A DNA stretch of 33,003 bases from Octopus bimaculoides (Eukaryota). The stretch spans positions 35,485,395 to 35,518,397 of the forward strand of contig NC_069004.1 in NCBI RefSeq assembly GCF_001194135.2. The letters are read 5' to 3'. The notes under the pieces were generated by a model. It searched no databases, was not told the DNA's origin, and saw only the letters and a program-made list of their open reading frames with translations. The position numbers were made by a program, and so were the translations under genes. This document shows positions 1 through 12,570 of the stretch, one piece after another. How positions within the stretch are numbered: the stretch's first letter is position 1; every line of letters begins with the position of its first letter.

Positions 1-290
1 TAAATATATATATATGTATATATATATATATATGTATACATGTAAATATATGTATATATATATATATGTATACATGTAAATATATATATATATATATATA
101 CATATGTGTGTGTGTGTGTGCATGTAAATATGTATATATATATGTATACATGTAAATGTATATGTATATATATGTATACATTTAAATATATATGTATATG
201 TCTGTATATATATGTATACATTTAAATATATATGTATATGTCTGTATATATATGTATACCTGTAAATATATATTTGTACATATATATATA
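1..290. repeat. (TA)n-based minisatellite, unit about TATATATATGTATACATGTAAA
   Basis: The unit recurs about 6 times with variants (ATTTAAA, CCTGTAAA). Confidence 0.85.
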
Positions 291-364
291 TATCATACAC
301 ACACGTGTGTGCATGTGTCTGTGTGTACGCGTTTGTATTATATACATAGACATGTATAGAAAGT

Positions 365-490
365 TTCCGTGCTCCACCAAATTCATTGACAAGGCATTAG
401 ACAGTCAGAGGCTGCAGTAGAAGACTTTTTTCCAAATGTATAACACAGTGAGAACCGAACCCGAGGCCACGTGGGTGCAAAGCAAACGGT
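365..490 (-). mobile_element. SINE family B 5' half (diverged)
   Basis: CCACCAAATTCATTGACAAGGC...GCAGTAGAAGAC...GAACCCGAGGCCACGTGG is the reverse complement of the family B head. Confidence 0.55.
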
Positions 491-1092
491 TATTCCTGCG
501 TCTTTGATCCCAACAGCATTATCTTTGGGCAGAGATCTTCTCAATCAAGGTTGAACTGGGACCAAACCACAACAACAACAACAACGCCATTTCCCTCCAT
601 CAGCGCCACCACCACCACCACCGCTGCTAAAAACTAGCGTTTTTCGTTTTCAATTTCTATTTCGTCCTTAACATGAGGTCCTCCATAATGTAGAATTATC
701 TCATCGATTCAGATATCTAATGTCCATCTTAATAAGAACTTCTTTAACTCCCTGAAGCCTTTTCGCCCCAGGAAGGTAATTCCATTAACTATAAATTACA
801 TATGAAAGCTGGCTGAAGATATTTTCTCGTCTCCATATGTTGCATATTTTCGGTTTGATGGAGTTTAGAGAATTCGTATACGCGTAAGGTCGTGCAGTAT
901 AAACGCACACATGCATGCATACACACGTTCCTACTTACACGTGTAAGTACTCAATCATCTACGCATTTTATGTATGTAATCATATGTGTGTACATATATA
1001 TATATCGCATGTACATGTATATCGGAACATATTGATTATATATATGCATTTATATATACGCACATATATGCGTACATACATATTGAATAAAA

Positions 1093-1153
<61 letters not shown>

Positions 1154-1372
1154 NNNNNNNNNNNNNNNNNNNNNNNNNNNNNNNNNNNNNNNNNNNNNNN
1201 NNNNNNNNNAGATAGATAGATAGATAGATAGATACACGCACTGACAGACGGATAGGTACATATATACATTTTTATTAAGAGTCCATGAAATTCTTTTGGT
1301 CTACATGTAGGTACATTGAAATCGGTTTAGTTACCTTTACTTGACATGAAGCTGTAATTGAACATATATATA

Positions 1373-1516
1373 TAAGAAGCTTTCTTCCCAACCACATGGC
1401 TCCAGGTTCAGTCCCACTGCGTGCTACCTTGAGCAGGTGTCTTCTACTATGGCCTCGGGCCAACTAAAACCTTTTCAGTGGATTTGGTAGATGGAAACTG
1501 AAAGAAGCCCGTCGTA
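1373..1516 (+). mobile_element. SINE family B 5' half
   Basis: AAGAAGCTTTCTTCCCAACCACATGGCTCCAGGTTCAGTCCCACTGCGTGCTACCTTGAGCAGGTGTCTTCTACTAT...GAAGCCCGTCG. Confidence 0.8.
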
Positions 1517-2199
1517 TATATGTGTGTGTGCGTGCACGCAGTCCACCGTCGCTTAATCACGCACACACACACACATTCACATATACACACACACACACAT
1601 ATATGTATACACACATACACATTTACATATATATATATATATATATATGTATACACACATTACACATGCACACACGTACACACATAATGTTTGGTGGTTG
1701 AACTGGTGCTTGTGTGCAGCAATTTGTGAAAGTTTCACCGAATGCCTGATGCTTGACACGGTTTTTGGATGGTGTGATGCGAATGAAAGATTGAGTGCGC
1801 CCCTGGCTAGGACGCCAACCTGTCGCAGATAACAATTTCAAATAATCTAGCAATCTCTTCTTGCTAAATCTGGGTTATGTATTGTGAGTGCAGAGGGCGC
1901 TGTTAAATATGTGCCACTCATGTGTTGTACCTCACATAACGAGCCAGAAATCTTTATTTCTTTGATTTTATAAGATTAGTGGAAAATAAAAACGGCATTA
2001 ACAGGCAGAATCTGTTATTCTTGTTAAAACGTGCAAAGGAAGCAATCCTGGCATTTTTAATTCCTTGAATTTAGTGAAATATAGAATTGCTTGTGACTGC
2101 GGTTTGCTTCATATCTTCCCGTCCCAGGGTTCTGTTACAGGGGGGGGGGAATCATCACCAGACACCAGGATACGTACATAACACCGCAGAATGCTACTG

Positions 2200-2211
2200 C
2201 TACCACCACCC

Positions 2212-2265
<54 letters not shown>

Positions 2266-2290
2266 TACTACAATAACAACAACAACAGCA
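2200..2290. repeat. Compound trinucleotide repeat (TAC)n-(TGC)n-(AAC)n
   Basis: Seen directly; produces a spurious poly-Y/C/T ORF. Confidence 0.9.
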
Positions 2291-2565
2291 ATATCCTAAA
2301 AAATACTGTCCCTCTCACACTCAACTCGGAGAAATGTATAAAACGCAAACAGGGAGAATAAATAGCCTCATCAATGTTGCTGACCCCTAAAGCTGTGCTG
2401 GGACTGTGCTTTGGCCAGGTCCATCATTCCTACCTTTGCCGTAGCCACCACCAGTGACTACTGGAGTGGAGAGCGGAGAGAGAGAGAGAGCAGAATATGT
2501 CCACACTGTCACAGTGCCCCCCCCCCTGGCACAAACTATTACTGTCACACTACTAACACCAATGA

Positions 2566-2840
2566 GGGCGGTTTGGCCTAGTGGTTAAGGTGCTGCGTTT
2601 GCAATCGGGAGTTCGTAGTTTCAATTCCTGGTGCGGGTGTTGTTGTGTTGTGTTCCTGAGCAAACCACTTCATCTCACATTGTTCTGTGATCACTTTGAC
2701 ACTTGACACGTGGTACACCTAGGTGCACCTGTTCAGGTAACATCGATTTGATGGAAGAAGAGAGTGAAGCGATGTGCAACACATAACATATCACCTGCGC
2801 AGGTCGTTCGCCAAGAAACTGCAGAACCATCGTTCTTGGA
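2566..2840 (+). mobile_element. tRNA-derived SINE with CORE-like segment
   Basis: A box TGGCCTAGTGGTTAAG, B-box-like GTTTCAATTCC, then GTGTTCCTGAGCAAACCACTTCATCTC (CORE-like). Confidence 0.6.
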
Positions 2841-3680
2841 TTACCAGGGTTTACCATCGCTAACACCCATACCACTAACACCACCACCACTACCAACAGC
2901 AGCGCCGCCGGCACCCCCACCACCAATGCATACCATTCTCAGCACACCACCAACACTTCACATGCCACCACTTACCATCCCCCACTACCACCAAGAACAA
3001 CTCCACTACTACCACCACTACTACTCCCAGTACATACCACTGTGACCGCACCATTACCATTGTGCTGATTAATGTTTATGTTACATATACGTGTGTATGT
3101 ATATATATACAGGTAACACACTTAGTTGCGTTAATAAAGGGATGTGGGTTCGAGTCCCACGTGGATAGGAAAGCCTTTTTTCTGTCGAGGGCTTATATAC
3201 CCCCTTATTAGACTATTTTCCTTAGTCATTGCACGGTGATTGCAATAAGCTTTAAGCTTCTATAAAAATACCATTCGCACCAAAAGCATATATACATAGA
3301 CATACGTACATACATACATACATATGTATAAACACACACACACACACACACACACACACGTATATATATATATATATATATATATNNNNNNNNNNNNNNN
3401 NNNNNNNNNNNNNNNNNNNNNNNNNNNNNNNNNNNNNNNNNNNNNNNNNNNNNNNNNNNNNNNNNNNNNNNNNNNNNNNNNNNNNNNNNNNNNNNNNNNN
3501 NNNNNNNNNNNNNNNNNNNNNNNNNNNNNNNNNNNNNNNNNNNNNNNNNNNNNNNNNNNNNNNNNNNNNNNNNNNNNNNNNNNNNNNNNNNNNNNNNNNN
3601 NNNNNNNNNNNNNNNNNNNNNNNNNNNNNNNNNNNNNNNNNNNNNNNNNNNNNNNNNNNNNNNNNNNNNNNNNNNNNNNN

Positions 3681-3727
<47 letters not shown>

Positions 3728-4574
3728 TTGCGTGTGTGAATGAAGGAAATAAAAGGAGAGAAGAACTTGAGACGTGATGTTTACCTTTGCTTGCGATTGA
3801 AATCTGGCTGGAAAGATCTGTGGAATTGGTAAATTTGTTTCCACTGATAGTGGCAGCAGCAGACTGTAGATATCTCGGTGAACTTGAGGCGAAACTAATT
3901 ACTTACTTTCGAATGTAATTAGAACATAATTAGTAATCATTGTTAAAAATGATTTAGTAGTGGGGAGGACGGGAAGGGAAGAGGAGTGGTCTGAGCGGGA
4001 GTGGTGGGGGTAGCTCTGAGGGGAGGAACGACTGGAGATTGAGTGAGTGGGAGTGAAGGACGCCTGGTGTTCGTATTAATGTTGTTGGTGTCGTTGTTGT
4101 CTGCTGATAAAGAACACAGCAAGAGTCCTGTTGGTATTAACAGTACAACTGATATTTGCTCGTGGGGGGGGGCAGGTGTGTGGAGGTGGTTGAGTGTGTG
4201 CATGCATGTGTGTGTGTGTGTGTCTGTATGTGTGTGTGTGTGTGTTGGTGATGGGAAGAGAAAAATGTTGAAGGTTTATCATTAAGAAGTGATGACAAGA
4301 TGTAGAATGGTGGTGGTGGTGGTGGTCGTGGTCGTGAAGGTTGTCATCGTCGCCGTCATCGTGGTGGTCGTCGTCGTGGCGGTAGTGGTGGTAGTGGTTG
4401 TCACAATCGTTCGTTGTGACCGTCGTGGTGGCGCTGGTGTCGTTGTGTTTTATGATGTGAGAGATAGTCTGTGGACAACATGGAGGTACATCGAGATCAG
4501 TTTCGATCCGTCTACCAATCACAAAAACAGTAATTAAATCACGTAATGCCTAAATAAGCCTGTCCAGTACGCAT

Positions 4575-4820
4575 GCGTGTTGGTTTGTTGATGTCCCGTA
4601 ACATAGCACTCCGACAAAAGAGACCGATAGAATAAGTAGCAGACTTTCAAAATAACTACTGGGGTCGATTTTGTGAGGGGAAGGGAATGATTTGAGAGGG
4701 GATGGTAGCAGTAGGTGAGGAGAGCTTTGCGGGGTGGGAGAGCAAGAGGAGTGAGTACGAGTAAGTGCCCCAGCATGGCCGTGGTACCAGCGGCTGAAAC
4801 AAGTAAAAGAAAACGAGTTG
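4575..4820 (+). mobile_element. SINE family B 3' half
   Basis: AAAAGAGACCGATAGAATAAGTAG...GGGGTCGATTT...CCAGCATGGCC...GAAACAAGTAAAAG. Confidence 0.7.
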
Positions 4821-5413
4821 ATTGTAACGATTGTTATGGAAATCGGAATTAAATAGTTAGAAGACTAAGGGACCTTCATTTTGGCAAATTAACGTCTGCT
4901 TCTACGCTCTCTTAACAACGGCAAGGCAGCACTTTGCAGATATTCAAGAACTGAAGAATGGTAAAGCAATAAAAACGAAGATGCCTTCGTGAATTTAGAA
5001 AATGGTAAAAAGAATCGTTGGTCTTTGGAGAAGCATCAATTATGTGACGGTATTTATTATGGTTAAATAACTTCACGCCCGTCCAACAAAGCGTGAAAAT
5101 TGAAACAAACAATGTTTGGAGGCGGCAAAAAGAGAGAAGACTTGTATCGAAATTAATCACCAGCGAACTGGAGTTAAAAGATGTCAGGGAAAAACTCTGA
5201 CATCAGAAAAAAGTAGCTGAAACAGAAATAATTAACACGAAATTTAATTGAAACTAATCGACGGTTTACAGAGATACGAGAAGAAATTCAATAAATGTCA
5301 AAAAGGCTCCTTTCTGGGAAGATCCAGAGTCATTCTGGTGAAAAATCGGAAGGCAAAGAGGTTTAGTCAGGAGGCAGAATCGTTAGAAGTCCGTGATAAA
5401 TATTGGATGTGTA

Positions 5414-5570
5414 CAGGTGTGGCTGTGCGGTAAAACCTTTGTTTCCCATTCACACGGTCTTGGGTTCACTTACACGGCATCTTAGGACCAGTATCTCCTA
5501 CTATAGCCTCAGGCCAACCAAAGCCTTGTGAGTGGATTTGGTAAATGGAAATTGAAAGAAGCCCGTCGTG
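5414..5570 (+). mobile_element. SINE family B 5' half
   Basis: GTGGCTGTGCGGTAAAACC...CTCCTACTATAGCCTCAGGCCAACCAAAGCCTTGTGAGTGGATTTGG...GAAGCCCGTCG. Confidence 0.75.
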
Positions 5571-6085
5571 TATATATATAATCAAAACAAAAAATGGAAC
5601 AAGAACGTAACAGGTGACAATAAAACATTCGGACAGTAGGCGATACAAAAAAGGACAGGAAAAAACAAGGACGGGACATTCGGCGCTTTCAATCGTCAGT
5701 CGAGAAGCAGATTGTCTTTGCAGTTTCGGCCGGTTACACTCGAGACTACTCTAATCAGGCCGGTTCCAAGGAAATCTAAGCTAAGAGCACTAGATTCTTT
5801 GGAAGAAAGCAAGTGAATGCATACGAAGACAAGGACGGTAAAAATGGAGAAATGGTACTCAATTAGAAATACAAACAACAGGACATTAACAATAGGTGTC
5901 TTTCGACTAAGGACGAATTAGATTAAGCTGGCGTGTGTGAAAGTGAAGCCTTACGGCAGGGACATAAGAGATGACAGGCATGGGAGGAAATACGAGAGAT
6001 GCTGTACGGATGGTAGTTGAACCAAGAAAGAAAAGTCAGAATAATTATACTCAGTCCAAATAATTACTTATATATATATATGTAT

Positions 6086-6143
<58 letters not shown>

Positions 6144-6164
6144 TATGTGTGTGTGCATTTATGT

Positions 6165-6300
6165 TTGTGTTTGTCCGCCACCACTATCACTTGGCTACCG
6201 ATGTTGGTGTGTTGATATCTGCGTATTCTAGCGGTTCGACAAAAAAGCCCGATAGAATAAGTATTAGGCTTTTAAAAATTAGGACTAAGGAAGATTTCGG
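6165..6300 (+). mobile_element. SINE family B 3' half fragment
   Basis: CCGATGTTGGTGTG...AGCGGTTCGACAAAAAAGCCCGATAGAATAAGTATTAGGC. Confidence 0.6.
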
Positions 6301-7190
6301 CGCAGTTATCTTTTTATTTCTACTAAATCCACTCAGAAGGCTTTGGTCGAACGCCTCCCCCGCTCCACGCCCTACATTAGAATATCTCTAAGGTGCTGCT
6401 GCAGTGGAACTGAGCCTGAAACCTTGTGGTTACAAAGCGAGGAAGCCTCTGGGATTAGTTAATAGGTTGGCGATGTGGGGTCGGCCTCAGTGGCCTGGAC
6501 GTCATCCACTCGAGTAAACCCAACAATTATTGTGAATGCTCGGACAGTAAAAATATTGAAGACTTCTGATGTATGAGGAAAGCTCTAAAGAATCCATAGA
6601 GTCATTGCTGTTGTTTAGCCCAAGGTCAGTCCGGATCCAATGGATTTACGATGAAAGATGGATCAACCCTAACCAGAACCCTTACCGTCGTATTTGCAGG
6701 GATTTTGTTGAACCCCAGTCTGCATCACATGATATATCCTTCCTTCTTATTCTAAGCTGTTTGGAAGTGTTTTTAAGGCGATTTGGTTGCTATTTCAAGC
6801 AAATCCAGTGGTGATATAGAAGTTGTTTCTTTGCTTGTCATTCACATTGCAATACACACCCGGTAGGATGACGTCCGTGTATCATAGACAAAGGCACCCA
6901 GTACCCGAAATATGACTGTAGCTCTATACTCGTTATCATTACAGCAATATGTTGGATACCAATCTCTGAGAATCAAGGAACAGTTGAATTCGAACTCTTG
7001 GAGAACATAGCACAATAATTCTTACTCACATTTGACATGATTACCAGGGGCAAAAGAAATATCGGATCCGCCAGACAAGGAGTTTTAAAGACTAAACAGT
7101 TCTTAACAAACTCGCTCTTGCCCCGAGTCCGCCTTTATGTGCATGTGTGTTTATGTGTATATATATATATATATATATGCGTGTGTGTGC

Positions 7191-7244
<54 letters not shown>

Positions 7245-7464
7245 CTGTGTACATGCATATGCATGTTTGTGCATGTGTGTATGCACGTATGTATGCATAT
7301 ACACTCACGGATATATGAATGTATATACATTATGTTTGTGTATAAGTAAAGATATAAGATTATTCTATAAATCTATCAATAGATTATATACCTATGCCTA
7401 TTTATTTTGACATATATCAGTCCATCCAGACGCCTGTCAGTATAATTGGATTTTTTCGCCCACT

Positions 7465-7508
7465 ACTCTCTTTCTCTCTTTCTCTCTCTCTCTTTCTCTC
7501 TCTCTCTT

Positions 7509-7582
<74 letters not shown>

Positions 7583-7800
7583 CATACATACATACATACA
7601 TACATATGTGTATGTATATATGNNNNNNNNNNNNNNNNNNNNNNNNNNNNNNNNNNNNNNNNNNNNNNNNNNNNNNNNNNNNNNNNNNNNNNNNNNNNNN
7701 NNNNNNNNNNNNNNNNNNNNNNNNNNNNNNNNNNNNNNNNNNNNNNNNNNNNNNNNNNNNNNNNNNNNNNNNNNNNNNNNNNNNNNNNNNNNNNNNNNNN

Positions 7801-7875
<75 letters not shown>

Positions 7876-7982
7876 CATACATACATACATACATACATAT
7901 GTGTATGTATATATGTACATGTACGAGTTTATAAATATGTGTATGCATATACATAAATATGTATGTGTGTATACACACACAC

Positions 7983-8000
<18 letters not shown>
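7465..8000. repeat. (CT)n/(TA)n/(TACA)n compound microsatellite spanning a gap
   Basis: The same block (CT)n-TATATATATACATACATAC...ATATGTGTATGTATATATG appears on both sides of the 7623-7800 gap. Confidence 0.9.
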
Positions 8001-8020
<20 letters not shown>

Positions 8021-8439
8021 AGCAGTCACACGGGATGGTGGCGATCGAAAGTCGTGAGAACGTCTAACGAAGCCACTTCGATACGAGGAAAAAATATGTC
8101 GTTCCAAGACAAAACTTTGTTCCCGAAACACTAAATAAAAAAAAAATGGTAAGATAAAAAGATAAATGCAAAGTAAAAATAAAAAAATGTCTTTGCATAT
8201 TTCGTTTCGTTTTGCTTTATCTTTCATAAAATAACTCCAACGATATCTTGTATTACAACCACTGTTCTTATTATTAAAATTACTACTAGTGTCGTACTAA
8301 TAATACTGATAAGAACACCATAGAGACAACGGAAAAAAACTGGTGCAAACGATAGCATCAGAAATGGTCGAGATTGAGATCTTCAATATTTTTCAATAAT
8401 GAGACTTTTAGCGTTTTCGGCGCCACAAACATATAGACA

Positions 8440-8476
8440 TGTATGTATGTGTGTGTGTGTGTGTGTGTATAGATAC

Positions 8477-8535
<59 letters not shown>

Positions 8536-8845
8536 CACAAACATATATATAGAGAGAGAGAGAGAAATGTATGTATGTATGTATGTATGTATATAGAAAT
8601 ATATATATGTATATGCACAAACATATATATATAGAGAGAGAGAGAGAAACGTATGTATGTATGTATGTATATAGAAATATATATGTATATACACACACAT
8701 ATATATAGAGAGAGAGAAGTGTATATATATATAAATATGTATATATCTTGTATGCGTGTATATATAATGTATCGATAATACAATATATATTTTACACACA
8801 CACACACACGCACGCACGCGCGCACGCACACACACACACATTCAT
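8440..8845. repeat. Higher-order compound microsatellite (unit of about 70 bp, x2-3)
   Basis: CACAAACATATATAT-(AG)n-AAA(T/C)GTATGTATGTATGTATGTATATAGAAATATATAT repeats at about 8535, 8615 and 8695 (partial). Confidence 0.8.
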
Positions 8846-10032
8846 TAGTTTCTTTGTAGTTTTAAAGTTTTAATAACAAGTGAATTCTCCTTTCTCTTAT
8901 AATCACCTTCTTCATAAAGTTGTCACGTTGATTCTGATATTGCCATATTTCTCACTACATTCTTTCAGGGCTTTCTGCTTTTTTTACATCTTTTATTGTT
9001 TCGGTGTTGTTGTTGTTGTTGCCGTCCTTCTCTTCCAATTGACGCCTTTTTTTCTTCTTCTTCTTTATTATCTTCTTCTAATCATATTAAATTGATATAT
9101 TGCGGTGCTGCGTATTTAAGCTCCTAACCAGCATCAGATACCAACTGAAACAATATCAGAAACTTTCCGAAATTTTCCGAAGTTCTCCGAAGTAAGTGTA
9201 TGACGTAATCTAACGCCAGCCTTAATACTCGTGTCCCTCTTCGAGAAGGATGCTGTGATAACAGCTATGATTCACTCATTTTTTTCGGTGATTTTACTGA
9301 AGCCCTTACACCAACCAAGGATATTTCTGCGTCCTTCCGCTCAGATGTAATGCTATTATTTATGCTAGTTAATCCACAGCTGGAATCCTGATAGGCACCG
9401 CTTCTCCGGGTCAGAATAGACCTGAAGACAATAGCGGTATGACTTGAACTTGCATCAAGTAATAGAGCTCTGATAAGTAAGTTCCATGGTTTTAAAGAAG
9501 GGAACAGCCTCCTAGCCACTGTTGACCGCAGGTCTACACACACACACACACACACACANNNNNNNNNNNNNNNNNNNNNNNNNNNNNNNNNNNNNNNNNN
9601 NNNNNNNNNNNNNNNNNNNNNNNNNNNNNNNNNNNNNNNNNNNNNNNNNNNNNNNNNNNNNNNNNNNNNNNNNNNNNNNNNNNNNNNNNNNNNNNNNNNN
9701 NNNNNNNNNNNNNNNNNNNNNNNNNNNNNNNNNNNNNNNNNNNNNNNNNNNNNNNNNNNNNNNNNNNNNNNNNNNNNNNNNNNNNNNNNNNNNNNNNNNN
9801 NNNNNNNNNNNNNNNNNNNNNNNNNNNNNNNNNNNNNNNNNNNNNNNNNNNNNNNNNNNNNNNNNNNNNNNNNNNNNNNNNNNNNNNNNNNNNNNNNNNN
9901 NNNNNNNNNNNNNNNNNNNNNNNNNNNNNNNNNNNNNNNNNNNNNNNNNNNNNNNNNNNNNNNNNNNNNNNNNNNNNNNNNNNNNNNNNNNNNNNNNNNN
10001 NNNNNNNNNNNNNNNNNNNNNNNNNNNNNNNN

Positions 10033-10079
<47 letters not shown>

Positions 10080-10488
10080 TATCACATATACACACAATGA
10101 GAAGACCTGAATACGTACACATGCACACACACACATGCACACACATAGAGGAACCGAAACGAGAACCAAGAAATGCTAGTGAATATTGGAGAGACGTTGT
10201 ATGGCGACGACGTGGGTTTAGTTTGCGTTGTCGGTAAATCATGGCTTTGCAGGAAATGGAGACGATTTTAAACAGACAATTTAATTAAACTGTTGATGGT
10301 TTCAAGGTAAACTGATCCAGAGAGAGAGAGAATGAGAGATGGGGGAGGGACGGATAGACGAATAGAGGGAGAGGGGAGGACTGAGAGAGAAGAGGGGAGA
10401 GAGAAGGGCAAGAATTGAAGATTTAAATATCTCCCAAAATAATGACGTCATTAAAGCCATTCGTGTACAAACTGATCAGTAACTCGTA

Positions 10489-10524
<36 letters not shown>

Positions 10525-11489
10525 GATAGATAGATAGATACAATAATATGTCTATTTATATGTATATAAGTATGTATATATATATATGTATGTACATGAA
10601 TACACATAGACACACACAAACACACACGCATGCTAAAGCATTCGTAGTATAGAGATTCACGGAATAGTGCTCAGATAAATGCGAAATTAAATTCCAGCTC
10701 TTTCATCCAACGTAGGGATCTTCAGTATAAAAAGTCAGCTGTAAGAAAGATCGTCGGTAAGCAGGGATGGAAGTAAAGAAGGGGGTGGGGTCAGATAAAC
10801 ACTCTTTTTCAGTATATTTTCATGGAATGCTAATAAACAAAGGAATGATGTAATAGTCTGGTCGTGACAGCTGTTTCGGGTGAAACATGACTTATGCCAA
10901 ACCATGTCCGTTATGTGAGGAAAAGCCATAATGTCATAGGTGTATGAAGTTACATGAAATTTTATAGATCCGTGAAGCGAAATCATGTTACTCCAAAAGG
11001 AAAATGGGTGGAATCATGTTTCTAAGAATTCCTCTTGAATTAAATGAATATGCTATATTTACCAGTGCAGGCTCTCCCACCGTGGCTAGTCCCGGTGAGA
11101 CTAAAAGTCAGCTTTACTGTGATCTTTAATTCATGTTGTCAGCCGTATCAGCCTCAGATAAACTGTTGTGAAAGCAGCTGACATTCTTGGACATCCAAGT
11201 AGAATTCACGAGGATTGGTTTTAAGACAACAAGAATTTCAAAGCTTTCTTCAAGAGTAAAACGCGCCGATTGGTTGGTAGATAGACAGACTGACAGACAG
11301 ACAGACACGCGCGCATACATAGGTTCATACAGTTGACTGGAGATGATCGAAAATAATCCGATCAAGTGTTGTTATTGACTACGGCTCCGCAGAAGAAAAT
11401 ATCACCCAGATCAGGCATAACAAAGATATATATATCAATGGATCAGGCATACCATTGTTGCTCACACCCTCCCCTCACCATATGCCCGT

Positions 11490-11738
11490 GGGCATATGGC
11501 GTAGTGGTTAAGAGCGCGGACTACTTTTCCAGGCAGTGACCTGAACAATAATAACAACATCGAAAAATACCTTAGGAATGAGAACCCGGGTTCGAAATTT
11601 TCCCCAAGGCACCTGATGAAGGCTGGAAAGTATATCAGCCGAAACGTTGTGTTAACAAGCAAGATGAGGACAAATATCCGTCAAATGTAAATAATGTAAA
11701 TAATGTACATAATTCCTCATCTCTTAAATATAGAACTG
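11490..11738 (+). mobile_element. Chimeric SINE-like element: tRNA-like head plus hammerhead-containing (Penelope pLTR-like) body
   Basis: A-box TGGCGTAGTGG (11497-11507) followed by TTAAGAGCGCGGACTA; no B box in this copy; hammerhead core; 3' 9-bp tandem repeats AATGTAAAT x2 + AATGTACAT. Confidence 0.6.
11608..11653 (+). ncRNA. Minimal type I hammerhead ribozyme motif (putative)
   Basis: GGCAC-CTGATGA-A-GGCTG(GAAAGTATAT)CAGCC-GAAAC-GTT-GTGTT. Core CUGAUGA at 11613-11619, 5-bp stem II, GAAA at 11641-11644, palindromic stem III AACGTT, GUU cleavage triplet (cut after 11648), stem I GGCAC/GTGTT. Confidence 0.7.
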
Positions 11739-12299
11739 TATGGACTGTAATCGTCCGAAAACACCGGTCAGTATTTCAAAAACTGATATCGTTGTCCATT
11801 TGTTATATGGCCATCAATTTAAGTCTACTTAAATGTTCCGTGAGAATCTCCGTGGATTTTCCCAAGAAATTCCATCCACTCTGAGAGATTCCAAAAAATG
11901 GTTTGTTGGGACTGGAAACAAAGAAGACAATAGATTGAATCTTCATAACAATGGAATTGGCACCATTCTACGTTCTTCTCACAGATGTTGGCCAACAGAA
12001 TAGAAGAAACGAATAGCAACAGTCAGTTGCAGGATTCTCTTTGGAATCCTTCTGGCTTTTCCTCCTGGGACAACGAAAAGAATGGTAAAAAATGGGAGGA
12101 GGGATTCAATTATGTCTGTTTGTCTTTCATACATTGAAGCACGTGTATAAATGAAGACATACAGACACACAGGTGCACAGACAGACACAAAAGCGCTTAA
12201 CCACATACAGACACATAACATGAAATGCAATATAAATGTGTGTATGTACGTATGCATGTATGTATCTTTATGTGTGTCTGTGTGTGTGTGTGTGTATAG

Positions 12300-12470
12300 T
12301 CTTTTACTTGCGTCAGTCATTTGACTGAGGTCATGCTGGAGCACCACCTTCAGTCGAATAAGTCGACCCCAGGACTAATTCTTTGTAAGCCTAGTACTTA
12401 TTGTATCGGTCTCTTTTGCCGAACAGCTAGGTTACGGAGACATAACTACACCAACATCGGTTGTCAAGAC
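12300..12470 (-). mobile_element. SINE family B 3' half
   Basis: CTTTTACTTG...CATGCTGGAGCACCACC...AGCCTAGTACTTATTGTATCGGTCTCTTTTGCCGAAC. Confidence 0.75.
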
Positions 12471-12570
12471 CTTTTCCACCTTCCTCTTTGACCAAAAACT
12501 GAACTCTCATACGTCGTCTTCGACGGGAGACTCCATCGATCGTTTAATCCCTCGATCGTTTATTATTATT

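Noticed and set aside
3144-3160. tRNA T-arm GTGGG-TTCGAGT-CCCAC
   Set aside because: No D-arm, anticodon arm or acceptor stem; more likely a SINE-head remnant than a tRNA gene.
3785-3863. AG...GT-bounded 79-nt open segment on the minus strand (SAAATISGNKFTNSTDLSSQISIASK)
   Set aside because: No similarity to CTH C-terminal exons or any family I recognise; such segments arise by chance.
4880-5400. Possible decayed non-LTR ORF (LQRYEKK...FWEDPESFW)
   Set aside because: Multiple stops and frame changes and no diagnostic RT or endonuclease motif; needs a profile search.
5640-5790. Second hammerhead-like signal on the minus strand (CCTGATTAG...GGCCGAAAC; CTGACGA)
   Set aside because: The core is broken (CUGAUUA), stem II is not convincing and no NUH site follows GAAAC. 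It may be a decayed pLTR-like repeat, but I cannot support a ribozyme.
6430-7030. Complex, moderately GC-rich stretch that might be an exon or TE remnant
   Set aside because: The minus-strand frames are interrupted by stops and the one short plus-strand ORF (6569-6814) has no recognisable motif.
9164-9193. Three 10-bp imperfect tandem units (-TT-TCCGAA)
   Set aside because: Too short and without spacers; not CRISPR-like, and no function can be supported.
232-10242. Many ORFs of IYIY, CVCV, SLSL, ERER, HTHT or poly-X composition (also elsewhere in the window)
   Set aside because: They are translations of dinucleotide/trinucleotide microsatellites and N gaps.
11126-11365. FTLEESF resembling the CTH motif FTLAESLGG
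   Set aside because: It lacks the LGG-ESL continuation and suitable splice sites; coincidental.
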